A stretch of DNA of 64,000 nt, taken from sequence record NC_047880.1; one strand, given 5' to 3'. This document shows, one piece after another, positions 48,401 to 56,211 of the stretch. Each line of letters begins with the position of its first letter. The stretch's first letter is position 1. A program made the translations under genes and the position numbers. The notes beneath the pieces were generated by a model that saw nothing but the letters and a program-made list of their open reading frames with translations, searched no databases and had not been told where the DNA came from.

Positions 48401-48600
48401 TAAATATACTCGAAGGATTTTTCCTGAATCAAACCTTTACCGTGAATCTGTTCGAATACTTCGATTTCTTCTTCGGTGTATGGCTCGGCTGCCTCTGCGA
48501 CTACATGGTACGATACTGATTCGTCCCGGGATTTTTCGCCATAGCTGTGTACGGTTCTCAACACACGCCACACAGGTAATGCAATTAGTTCACGTTCCAT
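48400..48600 (-). CDS. Hypothetical protein
   Basis: TAATG overlaps at both ends. Confidence 0.6.
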   Translation of the reverse strand: MERELIALPVWRVLRTVHSYGEKSRDESVSYHVVAEAAEPYTEEEIEVFEQIHGKGLIQEKSFEYI

Positions 48601-48809
48601 TAATGAAACACTCCTGATGCTTCGACCCACAGGTCAGTTGCGTTATACTTCGCACGGAGTTCAGCAAGCTTCGTTTCATCGAGAGGCTTTTCTGAGACAA
48701 AGATGCACTGAGGGACTTTCTCTTCAAGTCCAGTTACAGGGTGAATGTCACGGTCGTTGCGCATGACGTTCCAGCGTTTGTTGGTGCGGGTATTGAATGT
48801 CTGTTCCAT
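48600..48809 (-). CDS. Hypothetical protein
   Basis: First gene after the CTGTAAATA motif at 48849. Confidence 0.6.
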   Translation of the reverse strand: MEQTFNTRTNKRWNVMRNDRDIHPVTGLEEKVPQCIFVSEKPLDETKLAELRAKYNATDLWVEASGVFH

Positions 48810-48848
48810 AGTGGTAATGCCTATGTATAGTATATAAAAGATACTTGC

Positions 48849-48857
48849 TATTTACAG
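48849..48857 (-). promoter_or_regulatory. Class-B motif CTGTAAATA
   Basis: Before the sbcC operon. Confidence 0.7.
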
Positions 48858-48877
48858 TTTTTGAGGACACAGATAGA

Positions 48878-48904
48878 AAGAAGGGCCACCATTAGGCAGC
48901 CCCG
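48878..48904 (-). terminator. Intrinsic terminator
   Basis: GGGGCTGCC-TAAT-GGTGGCCC followed by TTCTTTCT. Confidence 0.7.
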
Positions 48905-48906
48905 TC

Positions 48907-49344
48907 TTAATACTTCTTAGGTTTCTTAATTGTGGATTTAGGTCGCTTGATTTTACGCAGCGCTTTACGAGCCTCAACAATATCTTTGGCCAGAGTAGCA
49001 CGACGAGCTTTGGTCTGCTCTGTGTCTTGCTCTGTACCTTTAAGTTTGTCGAGACGATTCCACTCGCTAACAAGACGGTCAACGACAGCCGCTCTGCTCA
49101 CACGCTGCTGGTTAACGCGAACGATATCCTGATTCGTTTTAACGGAGCGTTGTGTGTCTTGCACTTCGGTACGTGCAGACTTCACGCCCTTAGTATCACC
49201 GTCAGATTGTTTGTCGTTGAGCTTCTTACGCGCAAGCTGTGATCTACGTTGTGCACCTTTCAAGTCATCCTTAGAGTTCTCCAAGCTGACCTTCGTATCT
49301 TCAAGAGGACTTGTGCGAGCACTCAGGCTGATAAGAATTTTCAT
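48907..49344 (-). CDS. Basic coiled-coil putative head-internal protein
   Basis: MKILISLSA tag; K/R-rich. Confidence 0.7.
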   Translation of the reverse strand: MKILISLSARTSPLEDTKVSLENSKDDLKGAQRRSQLARKKLNDKQSDGDTKGVKSARTEVQDTQRSVKTNQDIVRVNQQRVSRAAVVDRLVSEWNRLDKLKGTEQDTEQTKARRATLAKDIVEARKALRKIKRPKSTIKKPKKY

Positions 49345-49356
49345 AGGACCTCACTG

Positions 49357-50127
49357 CTACTTGTACTTGGAGAGATACTGATCGAAGATGCGAGTAGCCT
49401 TATTTGCATCGACAGGACCTGAAGAAATAGTAGGACCACTTCCCCAATACTTAGCGACGTATGTGTCGTGGCCTGAGTCTTCTAATACGACAGTACCGTC
49501 AGGAACTGAGATGTGTAGAAGGTCACCACTGAGTTGAATCTTCTTCTGTGGTATATCATCATGCTTACCGATGATGCTTTTCAACGCAGACAGAAGAACA
49601 GGATTAGCTTTCTTCTTCGACTGGTCTGCATACGCAGCAGCAGGACCGCTCAGCTTTTCAGCAGGCTTAGCAGTTGTACCAGCTGCGGCTTCTTCGAAAG
49701 CTGTAGTCGGCATGAACAACACACTCAACCAACCAGTTACACCACGTGCACCGAATTTATCAATGTGCTTATCGGGACTCTCACTTTCGGACCAAAGCTT
49801 TGACAACGTTAGAGGAAGTTTGAGTCCACTGAGACCTTCGGTTTTAGCAATCTCTGTGATTTCTCCCATAAACTTCTCACCGAGATCTCTATTGTGCTTG
49901 TCTTTGGCTTCAAGCTTTTTATGTTCGTCTGGAGTAAGCTTCTTACCTTTAACGCTCTTTGCGTTTTTAATCACTTCGTTTCGAACAGACAACGCAGCGT
50001 TAAGACGAACTTGGATTTTATTGATAGCCGCCCGTTTAGAGTTAGGTACTGCGACGATTTTCTTGCCTTCGTATTCAGTGATAATGTACGAAGGTGTTTT
50101 GGCAGACAGGCTTATAAAAATTTTCAT
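49357..50127 (-). CDS. Putative head-internal protein (K/A-rich paralog family)
   Basis: Start moved to MKIFISLSAKTPSY (RBS AGGAG). Confidence 0.7.
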   Translation of the reverse strand: MKIFISLSAKTPSYIITEYEGKKIVAVPNSKRAAINKIQVRLNAALSVRNEVIKNAKSVKGKKLTPDEHKKLEAKDKHNRDLGEKFMGEITEIAKTEGLSGLKLPLTLSKLWSESESPDKHIDKFGARGVTGWLSVLFMPTTAFEEAAAGTTAKPAEKLSGPAAAYADQSKKKANPVLLSALKSIIGKHDDIPQKKIQLSGDLLHISVPDGTVVLEDSGHDTYVAKYWGSGPTISSGPVDANKATRIFDQYLSKYK

Positions 50128-50144
50128 ACATGCTCCTGAAAGAG

Positions 50145-50170
50145 AAAAGGGCGGCCGAAGCCACCCTCTA
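50145..50170 (-). terminator. Intrinsic terminator/attenuator
   Basis: GGGTGGCTTCGGCCGCCC followed by TTTTCT. Confidence 0.75.
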
Positions 50171-50268
50171 TTAGATGGCGCGCTATGCACCCGACTTGTT
50201 AGGTCTTCTACTCTTATTTAGCCTCGTTGTAGTCTACGAGGAGATATGGATCACCTCCCCAGATGGTA

Positions 50269-50802
50269 CTACAATTCGAGTTCTTCGTGCTCGGCTTCCA
50301 TTTCAGCGGCAGACCAAGAACGAATCACGGATGCGTTACCACGATTACCAGTCAGCATTGTTTTAACTGCTGGTGATGCTTCTACTTCTGCGTAGTGGTT
50401 GGCGAGAGCTTTCTCGTCTTTGAACCACATAAGTGACGATGCACCTTTTGAGCATACTAAGAACTGAACAGGCTTTCCATTACCGACGTTCAACGTCATG
50501 TAATAATCACCAACGCCATTAACACTGAGCATAGGCATTGGCTTCATCACGTATTGGAAGTCGTCCGCTGTTTTAAGCGTCTTATCGCCGAGCAACCAGA
50601 TAGCACCTTCTTCACCTGAGCGAATAGCACTGAGTTGACCACGGCGCGTAGAGATTGTACCAAACGTTTCTTGATCGAAACGGGACAGACCGAAGATAAG
50701 GCTAGCGAGCTTCTTCAGGTCAGGAGTCGTGCAAGGACTATGAATGATAGCCTTACCCTCAGACTCAAGTATGATTTTCGAAAGGGAAACAAAGATTTCC
50801 AT
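50269..50802 (-). CDS. Putative head-internal protein
   Basis: MEIFVSLSK tag; CTAATTTC motif upstream. Confidence 0.65.
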   Translation of the reverse strand: MEIFVSLSKIILESEGKAIIHSPCTTPDLKKLASLIFGLSRFDQETFGTISTRRGQLSAIRSGEEGAIWLLGDKTLKTADDFQYVMKPMPMLSVNGVGDYYMTLNVGNGKPVQFLVCSKGASSLMWFKDEKALANHYAEVEASPAVKTMLTGNRGNASVIRSWSAAEMEAEHEELEL

Positions 50803-50835
50803 CAGCTTAGATTCCGGTTGCAGGTAATTGTACTC

Positions 50836-50843
50836 GAAATTAG
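50836..50843 (-). promoter_or_regulatory. Class-A variant CTAATTTC
   Basis: Intergenic before 50269..50802. Confidence 0.6.
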
Positions 50844-50867
50844 CGTCTGATCAGACTTTTCTGAAAT

Positions 50868-50900
50868 AAAAATGGGCAGCTCATTGGCCACCCATTTTAT
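50868..50900 (-). terminator. Intrinsic terminator after dnaX
   Basis: AAATGGGTGGC-CAATGA-GCTGCCCATTTTT. Confidence 0.8.
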
Positions 50901-50902
50901 GC

Positions 50903-52195
50903 TTATTTAGAAGACTTCTTCTTCTTTTTCTTCTTAGGTTTTTCTTCGTCGTCTTCTTGTTGATCGCCGAATGAGACGTTCAACTGACCGCTATAAATCT
51001 GCGCCATCAATTCAGTCACAGTTGATTCCAACATGATATCGGCAGGTACAGAAGTTGAGTTGAATGCGATTTCTGCATTAGCCAGCGCTTTCTGCAAAAA
51101 GATCAAGCGCACTAAGTTCACACTGATCTTATCTTGCTTAACCATGTTCAGGAACATCTTGAGTCCAGCAGACTGCCACTTGTTTGTTTCGGCGTAATGA
51201 CCGAGAACACCATGCAGCACCCAACGAGCTTTCACTACGATAGCACGAGGGTTGTTCGCTTCACGTAAGAACTGAATCACACCAATAAGATCCATTTCGT
51301 GGAATGCACCAATGACTTGAACAGCTTTGGCTTCCATTTCAATTTCAGGATCGGCTGCTGCAAGTTCTGCAACCAGCTTCTTATCGAAGTCTTCACCACC
51401 GAGCACGGACGAGTAAACGTTTTGCAACATCGAGATTGCACCACGCATCTGACCACCAGCGTATTCAGCAATCTGGTGCATTGCTGCTTCTGCTTTCTCA
51501 CGCGCTTTATCTTTCTTCGGCAGGATTTCGAGCTTGCCTGCGATCTCAATCAAACGAGTGTGAATGATATCAGTCGGTACAGGTCTGATTGGAAGCTGAG
51601 TCATACGACCGACCATCGTACCTTTCATCTTCTCTGGGTTCGTCGTAATGAAGATGAACACAACGTGAGCAGGTGGCTCTTCCGTAATCTTCAAGAACTT
51701 CGACTCGGCAGCACTGGACATTAAGTGGCATTCGTCGAGAATGAATACACGGCGTTTGAACAGCGCGTTACGAGATGCAGAGTCAACGATGTTCTGGCTA
51801 CCGTCAACTTTACCTGCATCACCACCCATATCGTATTCTTGAATATCAGGATGTGAGTCAGGTCCTGCATCAGCCATCTGACAGGAACGACATTTACCAC
51901 ATGCGCTGAACGTGTCGCAGTTGATGTACTTAGCAACCATGCGACCGAACGTTGTTTTGCCTGCGCCTGTGTGACCACTGATCAGAATAGTTGATGGGAT
52001 GACACCAGACTTCTTCCAGCCGCGAAAGATTTTGACGATGTGGTCTTGACCAACATAATCTTCAATACGACGTGGACGGAACTGAGCACCGAAGTTAATA
52101 GTCTTGAGTTCTACAACGTCCGTGCTCTTACTTTTCTTTGAAGGCTTATCGTCACTGAATGCACGAGCCTTCTTTTTCTTTTCTACTTTCGCCAT
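50903..52195 (-). CDS. dnaX: DNA polymerase III gamma/tau-like clamp-loader subunit
   Basis: FRPRRIEDYVGQDHIV, GHTGAGKTT, C..C..C, ILDECHLMS, FLKITEEPP, GQMRGAISML; start moved to MAKVEK. Confidence 0.93.
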   Translation of the reverse strand: MAKVEKKKKARAFSDDKPSKKSKSTDVVELKTINFGAQFRPRRIEDYVGQDHIVKIFRGWKKSGVIPSTILISGHTGAGKTTFGRMVAKYINCDTFSACGKCRSCQMADAGPDSHPDIQEYDMGGDAGKVDGSQNIVDSASRNALFKRRVFILDECHLMSSAAESKFLKITEEPPAHVVFIFITTNPEKMKGTMVGRMTQLPIRPVPTDIIHTRLIEIAGKLEILPKKDKAREKAEAAMHQIAEYAGGQMRGAISMLQNVYSSVLGGEDFDKKLVAELAAADPEIEMEAKAVQVIGAFHEMDLIGVIQFLREANNPRAIVVKARWVLHGVLGHYAETNKWQSAGLKMFLNMVKQDKISVNLVRLIFLQKALANAEIAFNSTSVPADIMLESTVTELMAQIYSGQLNVSFGDQQEDDEEKPKKKKKKKSSK

Positions 52196-52230
52196 TTTAA
52201 ATCGCCCTTTGATTTTGTCTCTACTCGCTA

Positions 52231-52239
52231 TATTTACAG
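52231..52239 (-). promoter_or_regulatory. Class-B motif CTGTAAATA
   Basis: Before dnaX. Confidence 0.7.
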
Positions 52240-52257
52240 TATTCGGCAGTGTACAGA

Positions 52258-52298
52258 CAAAAAGAAAGGACCACATCCCAAGGCGGGAGGGTCCTTAT
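52258..52298 (-). terminator. Intrinsic terminator
   Basis: AAGGACC...CCC..GGG...GGTCCTTTCTTTTT. Confidence 0.65.
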
Positions 52299-52349
52299 GA
52301 TCGAGACATAAAAGGGTGATAACAACTATCGGCAGTGGGCGCTGGCGAT

Positions 52350-52547
52350 TCAGGCAAAACTCAACTCCCAACGAGGTACAACTCGGGAGAAGGTTTTAAA
52401 GTGGCTTGGTGGATTTCGTTTGAGTTGAGCAACAGAGCGTTCAACTTCATCATAGTCTTTGATATCACTCGCAACGGTGTGAGTGACGAACGTACCGTCA
52501 GCATGAATCAAATCAGCGACAACACGGTATCGTGGGATTCTAAACAT
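52350..52547 (-). CDS. Hypothetical protein
   Basis: RBS AGGAG; CTGTAAATA motif upstream. Confidence 0.65.
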   Translation of the reverse strand: MFRIPRYRVVADLIHADGTFVTHTVASDIKDYDEVERSVAQLKRNPPSHFKTFSRVVPRWELSFA

Positions 52548-52588
52548 GTATTCTCCTGCTATAAAAAATTCTCGTCGTTATTGAATTA

Positions 52589-52597
52589 TATTTACAG
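52589..52597 (-). promoter_or_regulatory. Class-B motif CTGTAAATA
   Basis: Before 52350..52547. Confidence 0.7.
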
Positions 52598-52599
52598 TT

Positions 52600-52980
52600 A
52601 AATCCAGTTCAAATCCTGAACTAAAGTAAGACTAATCTTAAACTCCAATATGCTCTCGTAAAAACATATTGGAGTTAGCCCTCGACAGATGACGGTCTAT
52701 CGAAGACTATCCCCCTGCACTCTTGTATGTACGTCAGTGCAGGAACGTTCGCGGTCTTATGCGCTATATCTCGCAGCAGGGTTGGCAGCAGGTAGCAGGG
52801 TCCCTCGCTGCATAGCGCGGCCGCACTTCAGCCATCAGTGTTACGCGGTGTTACACTGAGCGGCCTTGACTCTTTGGCCGAGTCGGTACAAAAAAGTGTC
52901 TGGCCCACAATGAAGGCATGAAGCATTCGGGCCAGACCAAAACTTTCGAAGCAAACTCCTTATGCCTCGTTTTGTACATG
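52600..52980 (-). ncRNA. Candidate structured non-coding RNA of unknown family
   Basis: No ORF of 60 aa or more; at least 6 helices of 7-12 bp and two pseudoknot pairings; CTAATTTT motif immediately upstream (52983-52990). Confidence 0.65.
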
Positions 52981-52982
52981 TA

Positions 52983-52990
52983 AAAATTAG
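52983..52990 (-). promoter_or_regulatory. Class-A motif CTAATTTT driving the candidate ncRNA
   Basis: CTAATTTTTACATG, identical to the 36068 site. Confidence 0.65.
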
Positions 52991-53017
52991 AAACATCTCG
53001 CAATATTCAGACAATTC

Positions 53018-53605
53018 TTAGTCTAACATTGGAATAAAGTTTTCGAGGAAATGCTGGCGATCAAACGAGCTAATACGATGCGGATGATCGATATGCGCGT
53101 TCCACGGCTGGGTGAACAGCAATACGTTCTTCGGAAGTGATGATACATCTCCGACGCGCGTAAAGTTGTTCGTCACCTGAGTACGTGGGTTGTCATCAAT
53201 CAGGTAATAGCCGTCTTCACCGTGAATTGAATTCAAGAAAGCAATCTTATCGGGATGCTCTGCTGGATTCAGTACGTGAATGTGATCGAACATTGACAGG
53301 TGAGGAGCCAGAGCTTTGCGAGTATAACGTTCGCCTTTCTCATGATAACCACGATGCGTACAAACGCCGAGAGGAAATCCTTCACGCAACAGGAAAGAAA
53401 GCGTTTGAATGAAGTAATCATTCATGTCAACTTCTAACATGAAGCGACCACTCTCCAGCATATCAACGAAAGGCTTGCCGCCGATCTCAGGAGTGATGTA
53501 GCGATCTTCGACCATGATGCCGTGGCCTTGCAGATGGAGATTCATGTACAAGTGAGTACGGAATCCCGTGTCATCTAAGTCAACGTAAATAGGTTTCAAG
53601 TCCAT
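53018..53605 (-). CDS. HAD-superfamily 5'(3')-deoxyribonucleotidase (NT5C-like)
   Basis: YVDLDDT, CTHRG, K, LIDDNP, FTQPWN. Confidence 0.8.
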   Translation of the reverse strand: MDLKPIYVDLDDTGFRTHLYMNLHLQGHGIMVEDRYITPEIGGKPFVDMLESGRFMLEVDMNDYFIQTLSFLLREGFPLGVCTHRGYHEKGERYTRKALAPHLSMFDHIHVLNPAEHPDKIAFLNSIHGEDGYYLIDDNPRTQVTNNFTRVGDVSSLPKNVLLFTQPWNAHIDHPHRISSFDRQHFLENFIPMLD

Positions 53606-53937
53606 TAGTGTCTCGTGCCATTTACCAAAATAGGTATGTTGTTGATACGACCGAGAGATAAGAAATGCTTGTGGTGAAGCTGTCTCATTTCATCGGCATT
53701 CGTTACGAAGATGACTTCCTGATCGTAGTCCAGTTTGAAGCACGGTACTTCACGCAGTTCTACAGTATCACCAATCTCACAGACATGGTACGGGGCATTC
53801 AGCCAAACAGAACCGTTAGAACAATAAAGAATGTGACCCACGTAATAAACATCATCAAGTGAAATCATGTGGAGAGGTTCGAACATCAAGGCTTCGTTAT
53901 CGTTGAAGTCGAAAGTGAAATCATCATCGTCAGGCAT
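53605..53937 (-). CDS. Hypothetical protein
   Basis: TAATG overlap. Confidence 0.65.
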   Translation of the reverse strand: MPDDDDFTFDFNDNEALMFEPLHMISLDDVYYVGHILYCSNGSVWLNAPYHVCEIGDTVELREVPCFKLDYDQEVIFVTNADEMRQLHHKHFLSLGRINNIPILVNGTRH

Positions 53938-53940
53938 AGG

Positions 53941-54513
53941 TTAAGACCTCAAATCAATCAGGATAGAAGCACTGAGATCACGAAGCATACTGCGACCCAG
54001 TGATGTATACATAACCTGAGAAACAACAATGCGTTCGAGGAACAGACGCGAGCTTTCAACATCGTGCCCTGTCTTACCGCGAACATATTCGATTATAGAG
54101 GAAGGTGGCTGTATGAGGAAGGTAAGTATTTCTGCATCATGCAAAACAGAACCCATGTCAGTGACAGGGCGCATCTCTGTTTCCTGATCAAGGATGTACG
54201 CGAGCACACGCTCACCGTTACCTGTGATTGGATTCTGCTTGAAGAAAGAACGAGTAACGTCCACAGTGTGTTTAAAGTTGTAGTCGCTACTCGTTGGAAG
54301 ACGCAAGAAAAGTGAAGCAAGTAAAAGGTTAATATCGACCTGAGGGCCGCTTTCAATATTGAGCATCGCGTGAGAAGTGAGAACAACATTGAGAGCGAAG
54401 TCCCTAGTGTACAGTGTATGCGCAGCCGCGTGTCTGTCATAAAAGTCAAGGGCTTTCCGTAACCCTTGATTCATTAACAGATGTTCTGCTTTTATGCGGG
54501 CGAGGCGCTGCAC
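53941..54513 (-). CDS. Degenerate HD-domain-like helical protein
   Basis: LLLASLFLRL at the AALLHD position, LHDAEIL at the DAD.L position. Confidence 0.4.
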   Translation of the reverse strand: MQRLARIKAEHLLMNQGLRKALDFYDRHAAAHTLYTRDFALNVVLTSHAMLNIESGPQVDINLLLASLFLRLPTSSDYNFKHTVDVTRSFFKQNPITGNGERVLAYILDQETEMRPVTDMGSVLHDAEILTFLIQPPSSIIEYVRGKTGHDVESSRLFLERIVVSQVMYTSLGRSMLRDLSASILIDLRS

Positions 54514-54514
54514 T

Positions 54515-55486
54515 TTAGTTTTCCCCGCGGATTTCTTTAAGCGAGTTCTTCATCGCTTTGCGCAGAGACTTACCAACATCAATACCGTCGATGTGCTTCG
54601 CAAACACATGGGCGAACAATGTTGTTGGATTTTTCATTACTGCTTTGTCGAGATCAGGACGGCCACCAGCAATCTGAATCTCTCCAGGCCACAGGTCTGC
54701 AATAGCGGCAGAGTCCTGTCCTGCAATCAGTTCGAGTTCACGCACACTGATTGAGTTCTGACGTGCGATAGTACGGAAGATGATATCGACGAAAGGCAGA
54801 AGGTCTTCGGACACAACGTTCTTCACGTCTTTAGCATCACCAGCACGTTGGAAATCTTCCATCAGTTCTGTCAGAGTTTTCTGATCGATCTTCTGAACGT
54901 TGCGCAGTTTCTTGAACATCACCATCCAGCGAACTTTACGCTTAGAACTTACGAGGTGAGTCCAGACGCTTTCGCCTAATGCAAGGAGTAGACGATTATA
55001 AACATCCACACTAACGCAATCACGATCAACGAACACAGAGACTTCATCATGCCATTCATCCTTACGGAACTTACTTCGGAATGAATGCGTCTTCGAGCCT
55101 GACTGCTGAATGAAATTGATAGACGCCATACGTCTTACAGCTTCACGCAGTTTGTACTTGTCGATCAGCTTAGGAAGTTTCTTCACGCCGATCATACAGG
55201 CTTTACGAACTTCCGATTCACGTCCGTACAGATGCAACGCAGGCATATCAGAAATAGCAGGTAGGCCTACGTGCGGACGAACAGTAACACCAAACACAGA
55301 ACTGCCTGGCTCAGGGTCATCACCTAGAACACACAGCAAGTCAGTGCTTGGCAGGAATTTAATCACGACGGGTTCTGGCAGATGCAGCGAGTTAGCAGCA
55401 AGGCCAACTGTTTTACCTGTCGCTAGAACCAGAAGATTTTTATTACCCTGCCTTACGACAACATAATCTTTTTCACGATGTTTCAT
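54515..55486 (-). CDS. Hypothetical protein with a degenerate zincin-like segment
   Basis: LALGESVWTH at the HExGH position, LFAHVFAKH at the E.FAE.F position. Confidence 0.5.
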   Translation of the reverse strand: MKHREKDYVVVRQGNKNLLVLATGKTVGLAANSLHLPEPVVIKFLPSTDLLCVLGDDPEPGSSVFGVTVRPHVGLPAISDMPALHLYGRESEVRKACMIGVKKLPKLIDKYKLREAVRRMASINFIQQSGSKTHSFRSKFRKDEWHDEVSVFVDRDCVSVDVYNRLLLALGESVWTHLVSSKRKVRWMVMFKKLRNVQKIDQKTLTELMEDFQRAGDAKDVKNVVSEDLLPFVDIIFRTIARQNSISVRELELIAGQDSAAIADLWPGEIQIAGGRPDLDKAVMKNPTTLFAHVFAKHIDGIDVGKSLRKAMKNSLKEIRGEN

Positions 55487-55494
55487 AACGGCCT

Positions 55495-55971
55495 TTAGAT
55501 TTGAGTTTCAGAAGAAAGAAGTCCGTGAGTCATACCAGCAGCAGGATGCCACTTGGTAGTTACGTTGAGGAGAGCTTGCTCTTCCCACGCATCATTGTCT
55601 TCAAGTTGTTCGCAGATCAGAGCGAGCGCCATGTTCTCGTCTTTGCCTAAGTGCGCGAAGTCAGCAACAACGATCTTAGGCTTAGACAGGTCTGCGATCT
55701 CTTCGAGACAGTATTGCAGTTCTTGCAGCGAGTTAACGGCATACGAACTGCAATCCATCAGACCAGCATATTCAGTTGGTCCAAAGTGAGTGATCGCAAA
55801 GTCAGGCGCGATATCATGCAAGCACAGGAAGTGCATCAGGTCAGTGGCAATCGACGGCTGAACTTGCATGTTAAGTACCGCGATTGAGCACGGTACGTCT
55901 GATACGATTTGAAGATCACATGATGTTCCAGCAAGGTCTTTGACGATGCTGTGTGCGAGAAGGTTGCTCAT
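55495..55971 (-). CDS. Hypothetical protein
   Basis: RBS GAGG; operon context. Confidence 0.7.
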   Translation of the reverse strand: MSNLLAHSIVKDLAGTSCDLQIVSDVPCSIAVLNMQVQPSIATDLMHFLCLHDIAPDFAITHFGPTEYAGLMDCSSYAVNSLQELQYCLEEIADLSKPKIVVADFAHLGKDENMALALICEQLEDNDAWEEQALLNVTTKWHPAAGMTHGLLSSETQI

Positions 55972-55982
55972 GGTGAAGCCCT

Positions 55983-56207
55983 CTATTTCTCTTCTGTTGG
56001 GTAGGATACAGGACTAGAAGTCTTGTAGAAGTTAAAGTCCGTGTTGAAACGAACAGAGGCGCGAGACACTTCTGTTTGTGCCCGCACCGACTTCTGCTGT
56101 TTGCGTTTGTTGAGAGACTCACGACGATCGAGGTCGTCAAAGATACCAGACCGTCTGTGGTACTTGAACTTCGGATGCACTGAAATATCTTTGACGATAG
56201 CGGTCAT
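55983..56207 (-). CDS. Small basic hypothetical protein
   Basis: Start moved to MTAIVK (RBS AGAGG) to remove overlap. Confidence 0.6.
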   Translation of the reverse strand: MTAIVKDISVHPKFKYHRRSGIFDDLDRRESLNKRKQQKSVRAQTEVSRASVRFNTDFNFYKTSSPVSYPTEEK

Positions 56208-56211
56208 ACGT

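Noticed and set aside
52851-52979. 42-codon minus-strand ORF (MYKTRHKEF...) at the 5' end of the structured element
   Set aside because: No spacing for an RBS and it is embedded in strong helices; cannot be supported without ribosome profiling
52600-52980. tmRNA, RNase P, SRP or group I intron identity for the structured element
   Set aside because: No GGGGC/CCA tRNA-like ends or tag ORF, and no RNase P or SRP motifs. GAGAUAUAGCGC resembles group I J8/7-P7, but there is no room for P4-P6 and no interrupted gene
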